54,669 nucleotides of DNA. It comes from a virus. Lineage: Duplodnaviria; Caudoviricetes. The translations under genes were made by a program, and so were the position numbers. The number at the start of each line of letters is the position of its first letter. The first letter of the stretch is position 1. The notes under the pieces were generated by a model, which saw only the letters and a program-made list of their open reading frames with translations, ran no database searches and was not told the origin of the DNA. Below, piece after piece: positions 8,740 through 15,915 of this stretch. The DNA lies in the IMG/VR virus record IMGVR_UViG_3300049167_000236, positions 1 through 54,669 of that record; one strand, given 5' to 3'.

Positions 8740-9153
8740 TTATTCGTCCGGCGGGATGAAATCCGGCTCGAACCCATAGTCCGGGTCGCCCTCGCTATCA
8801 CGGGTCGAGGAAGTGCTGTTGGGGACGAAATCTGGCAGTGTGGGCTCGACGTCCACCCCGACCCGGATGATGCAGCCCCACCTCGTAGGACACTGAAAGA
8901 TCGCGCGAAGTTCGTGAGCGTTGCGAATGAGGCCCTGCACATAGGGCGCACGTTCTGACTCAAGGTAGCCGAGTTGGACCCCTCGTGTGCTGATCACAGC
9001 AACTGCGTGTTCGTCGAACTTGTTTTGTGGTTCCGGCAGCAGCTCCACTGCTTCACCTGCAGTGCAGAGCATCACTTCGAACTGACGGTTGCTGCCGTCC
9101 TTGTTCGGGTACGGAGCACCGACAACGGCGAGAGAAAATTGAGGGATGGCCAC
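8740..9153 (-). CDS. HIRAN domain protein (start uncertain; ORF open to 9216)
   Basis: LAVVGAPY...VELLPEPQNKFDEHAVAV...QLGYL HIRAN signature. Confidence 0.82.
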   Translation of the reverse strand: MAIPQFSLAVVGAPYPNKDGSNRQFEVMLCTAGEAVELLPEPQNKFDEHAVAVISTRGVQLGYLESERAPYVQGLIRNAHELRAIFQCPTRWGCIIRVGVDVEPTLPDFVPNSTSSTRDSEGDPDYGFEPDFIPPDE

Positions 9154-9175
9154 TACGGGGTAACCATCCGACTTG

Positions 9176-9838
9176 TCAGATCCGCCGCCCGATCCAGATG
9201 ACGCGGCCGACGACATGCACCTCGTCAGCCCTCACAATCTTCGGACGTATGCGATGGTTATCGCTAGCAAGTTCCAAGGTCCCATCGGCTTGTTTGCTGA
9301 CGCGCTTGATCGTACCGAGGCCGCCGATCGCCAATGCCCAAATGCGGTCCTGTCGATCGATGGCATTCTGGGCACAGTCCACAAGGACAACATCACCTTC
9401 GTGGATGGTCGGCTCCATGCTGTCGCCCTCACCGTGGGCGACGAAGAGTTTGTCTAGATTCCCACTGCTCAGGCTGCGCAACCACTGCCTATCGAAGGCA
9501 CGGAATCCGGTCTGCTCCACCACATCGAGGAAAGTGCCCTCGCCCATGGCCCACCCGGTATCATGCTCGGGGACGAGGTGAAGGCCAAGTCTCTCCGCCA
9601 TCTCGTGGCGATCGAATGATGATAGCGCCCCTGCTGCTGGATCATCCGTTTCACCCAGGAGCCAGGCCTCCGTAGTGTCGAGCGCATGCGCAATGGCTCG
9701 CAGATCCTTCGGCTTCTGAGTGTCGCCGTTGTAGATCGCCGAAACGCTGGGCTGCGTAATACCCACGCGTCGCGCCAACTCGGCTTGGCTGATTTCCAGC
9801 TCTTTCATCCGACTGGCCAGGCGTTGGGCTAACGACAT
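9176..9838 (-). CDS. cI: CI-like repressor (XRE HTH + S24 peptidase)
   Basis: ISQAELARRVGITQPSVS HTH; GDSMEP (Ser) and TIKRV (Lys); VVGRVIW. Confidence 0.93.
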   Translation of the reverse strand: MSLAQRLASRMKELEISQAELARRVGITQPSVSAIYNGDTQKPKDLRAIAHALDTTEAWLLGETDDPAAGALSSFDRHEMAERLGLHLVPEHDTGWAMGEGTFLDVVEQTGFRAFDRQWLRSLSSGNLDKLFVAHGEGDSMEPTIHEGDVVLVDCAQNAIDRQDRIWALAIGGLGTIKRVSKQADGTLELASDNHRIRPKIVRADEVHVVGRVIWIGRRI

Positions 9839-9850
9839 GCCGCCTTCTTT

Positions 9851-9924
9851 ATAGAGGCGCCTATCGGAAAAAACTAAGGAGTGGCTATTGCTTGCCCTAT
9901 AGTCTGTGCTATAGGCAGCGCTAT
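9851..9924. promoter_or_regulatory. Right operator (OR): ATAG-N6-CTAT at 9851-9864, 9899-9912, 9911-9924, near-match at 9887-9900; divergent promoters
   Basis: Palindromes read directly between divergent cI and cro. Confidence 0.78.
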
Positions 9925-10141
9925 GGCTCATGACCCCTTATCCCAAGCGCTCGAGGCTGTTGGCGGGCAGGCGGCACTGGCCCGCCTCGTCGGCGTGGCC
10001 CAACCCTCCGTGTGGCACTGGGTCCACAAATCGAAGAGAGTGCCTGCAGAGTATGTTTTGCAGGTCGAGGCGGCCTCAGGAGTGTCCCGCCACAAGCTCC
10101 GTCCTGACATTTACCCGCCCGACCAACAGGCCGCAGCGTGA
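9923..10141 (+). CDS. cro: Cro-like (YdaS-type) regulator
   Basis: GGQAALARLVGVAQPSVWHW...LRPDIY; divergent from cI. Confidence 0.88.
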   Translation: MAHDPLSQALEAVGGQAALARLVGVAQPSVWHWVHKSKRVPAEYVLQVEAASGVSRHKLRPDIYPPDQQAAA

Positions 10142-10186
10142 GCGCGCGCGACCATCAGCGCCCGGCGCCTGACATCGCTCCCGCCG

Positions 10187-10483
10187 TCAAAGCGCTCCTT
10201 TCGGCCCCGGTGTCTTACCTTCCGCGGCCGCAATCGTGGTTTCGACGGCTCGCCAAAAGTCTTCGACTTTGGAGAGAACCCCATGCTTGAGCACCTCGGC
10301 GCTGTATCCCAGAACAGGCGCGACTTCGGCTTCGTCCAGAGCGGACTTGGCCTGCCGCTCGAACTGAGCGCAGACCGCGCTCGGATCCTCGCCGAGCATG
10401 GCTCGGTCCGTCGCCAGCTGCATGAGGATGATCCGCAACGCGCGAACGTCTGCCCATGCGTCGACAAGTTTGAAATCGCCCAT
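10187..10483 (-). CDS. Hypothetical protein antisense to the early operon (moron-like)
   Basis: GGAGAG RBS 5 nt before ATG; helical protein-like composition. Confidence 0.55.
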   Translation of the reverse strand: MGDFKLVDAWADVRALRIILMQLATDRAMLGEDPSAVCAQFERQAKSALDEAEVAPVLGYSAEVLKHGVLSKVEDFWRAVETTIAAAEGKTPGPKGAL

Positions 10484-10566
10484 TCAGTCTCTCCAGTCGG
10501 TTGTCCCATCCCGACTGTAGCCAATGCCGGGGCGGTTAATAGCCGCCTCGGCGGAGGGCTCGCCGC

Positions 10567-10800
10567 ATGATCGCCACCCTCGCCGCCATCTACCTCACCG
10601 GCGTCATCATTCTCTCGATCCTCTTCGCACTCGCACCCGAGGGCTGGGAGGATGCTGACGGGTACCATGATGGTCGGCCAGCCAACTTCATCTTCGACGC
10701 CGACGGCGCCGTGATCGGTGTGCGTCCGGCCGCCAATTTCGATCCCCTGTCTCATTCGACGCTGACTAGCCCGGAGGCGCAACACAATCATGTCCGCTAA
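10567..10800 (+). CDS. Small membrane-anchored protein
   Basis: N-terminal hydrophobic stretch then APEGWEDADGYHDG; GGAGG RBS. Confidence 0.55.
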   Translation: MIATLAAIYLTGVIILSILFALAPEGWEDADGYHDGRPANFIFDADGAVIGVRPAANFDPLSHSTLTSPEAQHNHVR

Positions 10801-11209
10801 CCTTGCATCGCAGCATAATTTTGCCGAACGCTTCGCAACTGCACTGCGTCGGTTTGAGCACGAGGGTGGCAACATCCACTCGCTCGCCGAAAAGGTCGAC
10901 GAGGATGTCCGCGACCTGCGGCGTTGGGCAGATGGCACCAAGATGCCTGCGCACGTGCTGGTAGCGCTCCTGGGCGAACTGCCGCGGCATCTCGCGGACA
11001 AGCTTATTCGCCCGTCCGGCCTACGGCTGATCTGCAAGGACACGCCACCGAACGCGAACGCGCTACGAGCCGCCGCTGTTGCGAGCACGTTCTCGTCCGA
11101 CGTCGCGAGCCGCATGGCCGACGGCGAGTGGTGTCACCGCGATGACGAGGCGGCCAAGCAGCACGCTCAGCGCGTGATCTCTGAGCTCCAGGCGGTAGCC
11201 GGGGAATGA
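10790..11209 (+). CDS. CII-like regulator (putative)
   Basis: Position after cro; N-terminal HTH-like segment and C-terminal MADG helix pattern. Confidence 0.55.
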   Translation: MSANLASQHNFAERFATALRRFEHEGGNIHSLAEKVDEDVRDLRRWADGTKMPAHVLVALLGELPRHLADKLIRPSGLRLICKDTPPNANALRAAAVASTFSSDVASRMADGEWCHRDDEAAKQHAQRVISELQAVAGE

Positions 11210-12063
11210 GCCGCCCCGCGACCGCCCGCCTGAAGGTGAACCCCGTGCTTGGCAGTATGCCGGTCCTCCAGTATTGTTCTCCAGATCAACTCCAGATCGA
11301 CGAGAGCTACCAGCGCAGCCTGGACGCCGGTGGCAGCCAAGCGTTGATCCGGCGTATCGCCGTCCATTGGGATTGGGGGTTGTGCCAACCCTTGTTCGTG
11401 GCCCGGCGTGGTGACGGCGTCCTGTACGTGGTCGATGGGCAACATCGCCTAGCCGCGGCCAAGCTGCGTGGCGACATCTGGCAGCTGCCGTGTGTCGTGG
11501 CGAGCTTCGAAGATGGCGCGAGCGAGGCGGCCGCGTTCGTTGCGCTTAACCAGCAGCGCCGCCCCCTCTCCAAGCTGCAGCTTTTCAAGGCTGCGGTCGC
11601 GTCCGGCGATCCGGAAGCACTTACTATCGTACGCGCCTGCGAGGATGCCGGCCTGCGGATCTCGTCATCGTCCAATCTCGACGCGTCGCCGCCGGGATCG
11701 CTCAGCAACATCGGTGGTCTGCAGAACTGCCTTCGCGTTCACGGTGAGGCAGTCTTGTCCGCAGCTCTCGACGTGCTGGCGCAGTCCTACAAGGACCAGG
11801 CCCTGAGGCTCGCTGGCACGATCTTCCCCGGCATCGTCGCAATCGTCGCAATTGAGCTTCAGGCTGATGCGGGCTTCGCTGACGGCGAACTCTTCGCGCT
11901 GATGACTGAAATGGTCGGCGGCGCGGCGCAGGAAGAATGGGCGAAGGATGTCTATCGCCTCGTTGCCGAGGCTGATGGGATCAATCGACGCACTGCCGCG
12001 ATCGACGTCTTCGAGCGCGCCTGGCGCGAGTGTAACGAAGCCCTGCTGGATGAAGCTGCATGA
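11206..12063 (+). CDS. ParB/Srx-like domain protein (DUF6551-like)
   Basis: LQIDESYQR...YVVDGQHRLAAAKL...EAAAFVALN. Confidence 0.8.
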   Translation: MSRPATARLKVNPVLGSMPVLQYCSPDQLQIDESYQRSLDAGGSQALIRRIAVHWDWGLCQPLFVARRGDGVLYVVDGQHRLAAAKLRGDIWQLPCVVASFEDGASEAAAFVALNQQRRPLSKLQLFKAAVASGDPEALTIVRACEDAGLRISSSSNLDASPPGSLSNIGGLQNCLRVHGEAVLSAALDVLAQSYKDQALRLAGTIFPGIVAIVAIELQADAGFADGELFALMTEMVGGAAQEEWAKDVYRLVAEADGINRRTAAIDVFERAWRECNEALLDEAA

Positions 12064-12803
12064 GCGCGTCGCCGTCTGCGATGCGCCGGCATCGTTCGAT
12101 CGAGCCCTCCGGCCACAGTATCGTCCTCCCGATCTTCCACCCGGCAGTCCGCGGCGCTCGCTCGATCTTCCCTAGCCGTGTGTTCGAGCCCGAGGAAGTG
12201 CAGCGCGTCCTCAAGAGTGGGCACCAGAGCCGCAAGATCGGCGCGTTCGCGAGCAAGGGTCCCAGGAAGGGTTGGCCCATCTTCACACTGACGCTGGAAG
12301 AACGGCGCACCTGTCCGCGGTCCTGCCTCGAATTCCAGACTTGTTACGGCAACGGCATGCAGGCGGCTGAGCGGATCGAGGCCGGGCCCGAACTTGAGGC
12401 CTCGCTACTCTGCGAGCTGGACGCGCTGCAGGCGAAGCACCCGGCCGGGTTCATTGTCCGGCTGCATGTGCTCGGCGACTTCTACGGCGAGGAATATGTC
12501 GGGGTCTGGCGGACGGCACTAGATCGCTTTCCGGCTCTCCACGTCTTCGGCTTTACAGCACGCGAGCCTTCCAGCGCGATCGGCAAGGCCGTCGCGCTGC
12601 TGACAGCTGACTTCGGTTGGGACCGAGCCGCCATCCGATTCTCCGGTGAGCCGCATGAACTGCGTGCCTCTCGCGTATTATCGGCAGGCGAAAGCGACCC
12701 GGAGGCGGTTCTCTGCCCCGCTCAGACCGGGGGAACCGACTGCTGCGGCAGTTGCGGGCTCTGCTGGCAGTCCGAGCGCACCATCGCGTTTCGGAGGCAT
12801 TGA
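12060..12803 (+). CDS. GP88-like Cys-rich protein (radical-SAM-like Fe-S candidate)
   Basis: TCPRSCLEFQTCY, RLHVLGDFY, FGFT, CPAQ...CCGSCGLCW. Confidence 0.65.
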   Translation: MSASPSAMRRHRSIEPSGHSIVLPIFHPAVRGARSIFPSRVFEPEEVQRVLKSGHQSRKIGAFASKGPRKGWPIFTLTLEERRTCPRSCLEFQTCYGNGMQAAERIEAGPELEASLLCELDALQAKHPAGFIVRLHVLGDFYGEEYVGVWRTALDRFPALHVFGFTAREPSSAIGKAVALLTADFGWDRAAIRFSGEPHELRASRVLSAGESDPEAVLCPAQTGGTDCCGSCGLCWQSERTIAFRRH

Positions 12804-13588
12804 TGGCCAGCCAACCAAAGACATGCGCGGAGTGCGATAAGCCTCTCGGTCGAGGCAACCGTCTTGGCTCCTGCCGCGCGTGCACGGCGCGCAAGTTGAA
12901 CGCGGATCCCGAGTTTCAGCGCAACCGCCGAGCGGCGATCGTCCATGGCTTCCAAGCAAACCCTGAGCGCAGAGCAGAGTACGCGAAACGGGCTCGGATC
13001 GCCGGCCAGTCCGCGCGGTCCCGCGAGGCTAACAGCCAGCGCCTTCGCGAGCGGCCCATTTGGCAGTTAGGGCATGCCGCCCTGCCCCCGGGTTGCGACG
13101 CGCGCAAGAGGGGTGGCGCGGCCCGTTCGGCCCGGCACCTTGCTTGGTGTCCGCCGGAGCTGCGCGACGAATATCGCCGCTTGGTCGCGAACAAGAAGGT
13201 GCCAGCCAAGGAAGCCCGTGCGGTCATCCTCGATCAGCATGAGGCTGAGCTACGACGCTTCCGCCGATCGATCGGGATAGTCGAAGCAGAGCAGTTCGGG
13301 CCCATCGAACCGATCGACGCCACGCTCGACTTTCTCAGCCGTGCTTCGATCGTTGCGGCCCGCAGCGTCGGCATCCCTGAGCTGTGGGTGCCCCTACGCA
13401 CCCCGCCCGTTGTTCGCGCTCGCTGGGCTGTGCTCGTCGCGCTCCAGAGCGGCGGTTGGGACGTCCCGCGGATCGCTGCTGCTGTTGGCATGGACCGGAA
13501 GACAGTCACGTACGGCTTGCGCCAGGCTGAAGCGCTGACGGCGGATGCGGAGTTTAACGCTCTGCTGCGGAAGGTCGCAGCGGCATGA
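12803..13588 (+). CDS. Hypothetical protein, N-terminal CxxC-CxxC and C-terminal DnaA-C-like HTH
   Basis: CAEC...CRAC; VRARW...VPRIAAAVGMDRKTVTYGL. Confidence 0.6.
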   Translation: MASQPKTCAECDKPLGRGNRLGSCRACTARKLNADPEFQRNRRAAIVHGFQANPERRAEYAKRARIAGQSARSREANSQRLRERPIWQLGHAALPPGCDARKRGGAARSARHLAWCPPELRDEYRRLVANKKVPAKEARAVILDQHEAELRRFRRSIGIVEAEQFGPIEPIDATLDFLSRASIVAARSVGIPELWVPLRTPPVVRARWAVLVALQSGGWDVPRIAAAVGMDRKTVTYGLRQAEALTADAEFNALLRKVAAA

Positions 13589-13779
13589 GCTTCGTCAAGA
13601 AATTCGGGCCGAAGGCGCCAACCAAGGGCAACCTCAGCACTGCGCTGAAGGCTCTGATGACGATGCGCAATAAGCCGCTGAGCCCTGCCGACGTGGACAG
13701 CATCGCGCGCAGCTACGGCGCGACGCCGGCGCAAGTCATCACCATGGCCAAGGACGCCGGTCCTGGGGTCACGCAATGA
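13585..13779 (+). CDS. Hypothetical protein
   Basis: ATGA-coupled, 64 aa. Confidence 0.6.
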   Translation: MSFVKKFGPKAPTKGNLSTALKALMTMRNKPLSPADVDSIARSYGATPAQVITMAKDAGPGVTQ

Positions 13780-14219
13780 CCGCCTGGGCTGATCTCGAAA
13801 CCTCTCTGAAGCCGGCACCCGAGTTCTTCGTGCAGGCCCCGGACGGCCGCAAGGATTGGGCTGAACTGTCTCGGCAGACCACGCTGTTCTCGATCATGCG
13901 AATGGCTGCTCCGCGGGTATTTGGGTACGCGACTGCCAACGCCGGTAAGCGCAACCCGCTGCAGGCAAAGCGCGAGGGAATCAAGGCCGGCGTGTTCGAC
14001 ACCCGCTGGCAGTGGCGGCACCCGACCTGCGCCTATGTCGAGCTCAAGGGCTACGATGCGCGCGGCCGCGCTGGCCAGCTCTCAGACCCGCAGATCGAAT
14101 TCGGCAACCGCATGACCGAGCTCGGCGTGCCGGTGGCCTGTTTCTTCGATCCTTACGACGCGGCCGACTGGCTGCGCGAGCAAGGTTTCCCCGTCGCCAA
14201 ATTGGAGCGCGCAGCATGA
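13776..14219 (+). CDS. VRR-NUC-like PD-(D/E)xK nuclease
   Basis: AKREGIKAGVFD...YVELKG...GQLSDPQIEF. Confidence 0.75.
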   Translation: MTAWADLETSLKPAPEFFVQAPDGRKDWAELSRQTTLFSIMRMAAPRVFGYATANAGKRNPLQAKREGIKAGVFDTRWQWRHPTCAYVELKGYDARGRAGQLSDPQIEFGNRMTELGVPVACFFDPYDAADWLREQGFPVAKLERAA

Positions 14220-14398
14220 GCCTTGCCCGCCTGTTCAAACGCGCCCCGGCTGAACCCGAGAGCATCGAGGAAAGTGCCCGCCGTCTCTCGGAGTGGAACT
14301 GCCTGAACCAACGTCAGCGCACCAGAGAGCGGGCGCGGATCATGCGGGAGGAGATGGGCCTCGAGCCGCATCCAGCCCTCGAGCGCAACCCTCTGTAA
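14216..14398 (+). CDS. Small hypothetical protein
   Basis: ATGA-coupled, 60 aa. Confidence 0.55.
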   Translation: MSLARLFKRAPAEPESIEESARRLSEWNCLNQRQRTRERARIMREEMGLEPHPALERNPL

Positions 14399-14476
14399 GA
14401 ATTCGCCGGGGCGGTCTGGGCCGCGCTCCGAGGCAAGCGAAGCACGGCCCGTCCAACCACACAGGGAACCACTACC

Positions 14477-14884
14477 ATGGAAGCACAAGACCGGGAAACC
14501 GGGGAGATACTGCCTCCCGCCGCTGATGGGAGGCCCGTGCGGCCTGCTGCCAGTACGTTCGGCCAGTTCATCGGATTTCTTGAGGACGGCCAGTTCGACG
14601 CCGACGTCGCGACTGCACTCAAGGACATGGCCGCCGACCTTCAGGACCGTGCCGCTGCTCAGGGCTCGGCCAAAGGCAAGCTGACTGTCGAGATCGACTT
14701 CAAGGTCGAGAACGGCATGTTCATCATCGCGGCCAAGCACAAGGTCAAAGTGCCCGATGAAGTCCGCGCAAGGTCCGTCGCTTGGACCACCGAAGACAAC
14801 CGCTTCACCCCCCACAAACCGAACCAGGGCCAGCTCTTCGGTGTGCGCGACGTAAGTCCGCGCGGCGGCCTGCGTGACGCCTGA
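14477..14884 (+). CDS. Hypothetical protein, YfdP-like partner of DUF2303
   Basis: KGKLTVEIDF...K.KVP...TEDNRFT..P.Q.QLF; precedes DUF2303 gene. Confidence 0.7.
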   Translation: MEAQDRETGEILPPAADGRPVRPAASTFGQFIGFLEDGQFDADVATALKDMAADLQDRAAAQGSAKGKLTVEIDFKVENGMFIIAAKHKVKVPDEVRARSVAWTTEDNRFTPHKPNQGQLFGVRDVSPRGGLRDA

Positions 14885-14897
14885 AAGGACCATTATC

Positions 14898-15806
14898 ATG
14901 GAAAACGCAAACCAGGGCGTCGTTGCTGAAGCCCGCACGCTGGTCGAGGACTACATCAAGCCCGAACTGGTCACCGTCACCGAGCCGATCACGGGGGTCC
15001 AGGCACCAGCAATGCTCACCGCGAGTGGGCTCAAGAGCGTCCCCGCGTCCACCTTCGACGACTATCGGCCGAGGCCATCTCGGCGCAAAGGGACGGCCAC
15101 CCTACTCGATCTCGACAGCCTGATCGCTCACGTCGAGCGCTTCAAGGATGACGACACGGTACTGTTCGCGAACGACGATCGCGCCAGTCCGTCCTTGGTG
15201 GCCGTACTCGATTATCACCATGCCGGGGGCGGTTCTGATGCACGCTTCGGCGAGCACCGGGCCCGCTTCGCATTCCCGCTTTCGGACGAGTGGAAGGCCT
15301 GGTCGGCGTCGAACAAGAAGCCGATGTCGATGATCGAATTCGCGGCCTTCCTCGAGGACCGCATCATCGACGTTCTCGACGACACCTCCGACCTGCCCAA
15401 GGACATGCAGCGTTTCGTCTCGGCAATCGGCGGCAACATCGCGTCACCGACGAAGTTGATGGAGACTGCGGTCGGCCTGAAGGTGCACGAGAAGTCGAAC
15501 GTTGGTGAGACGGTCAACCTCGCCAGCGGTGAGGGTGAGATCAGCTTCGTCTCTACCCACACCGACGGCGCCGGCAAGCCGCTGAAGGTCCCGAACCTGT
15601 TCCTGATCGGCATCCCGGTGTTCAAGAACGACCCGGCATATCGGATCGCCGTTCGCCTGCGCTATCGGAAGCGTGATGGCGGTCTGACGTTCTGGTACGA
15701 ACTGTGGCGTCAGGAGCCTGTGTTCGATCACGCCTTCGGAGAAGCGCTCGAGCGGGTCCGCAAGGAAACCAAGCTCCCGATCCTGCTCGGTTCGCCTGAA
15801 GCCTGA
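14898..15806 (+). CDS. DUF2303 (YfdQ-like) protein
   Basis: AVLDYH...FGEHRA...SDEWKAW...EFAAFLED...IGIPVF...RLRYR. Confidence 0.8.
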   Translation: MENANQGVVAEARTLVEDYIKPELVTVTEPITGVQAPAMLTASGLKSVPASTFDDYRPRPSRRKGTATLLDLDSLIAHVERFKDDDTVLFANDDRASPSLVAVLDYHHAGGGSDARFGEHRARFAFPLSDEWKAWSASNKKPMSMIEFAAFLEDRIIDVLDDTSDLPKDMQRFVSAIGGNIASPTKLMETAVGLKVHEKSNVGETVNLASGEGEISFVSTHTDGAGKPLKVPNLFLIGIPVFKNDPAYRIAVRLRYRKRDGGLTFWYELWRQEPVFDHAFGEALERVRKETKLPILLGSPEA

Positions 15807-15842
15807 CAGTGCGCGGCCTGCTCAACTTTGCGCATGCCCCGT

Positions 15843-15887
15843 GGGCCCTTGCTGACCGCTCCGAGTGGGTGGAGCAAGGGCCCCTTT
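15843..15887 (+). terminator. Strong hairpin (possible terminator/attenuator) before the primase-helicase
   Basis: 11-bp perfect stem GGGCCCTTGCT / AGCAAGGGCCC; only a short U tract. Confidence 0.45.
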
Positions 15888-15915
15888 CGGCTGCGCCTTT
15901 TTCCGGTGAAGCCGC

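Noticed and set aside
10111-11115. 334-aa minus-strand ORF and similar long antisense ORFs (e.g. 4502-5506, 31447-32358, 35213-36334, 37425-38357)
   Set aside because: Arg/Ser/Ala-rich shadow frames opposite well-supported genes
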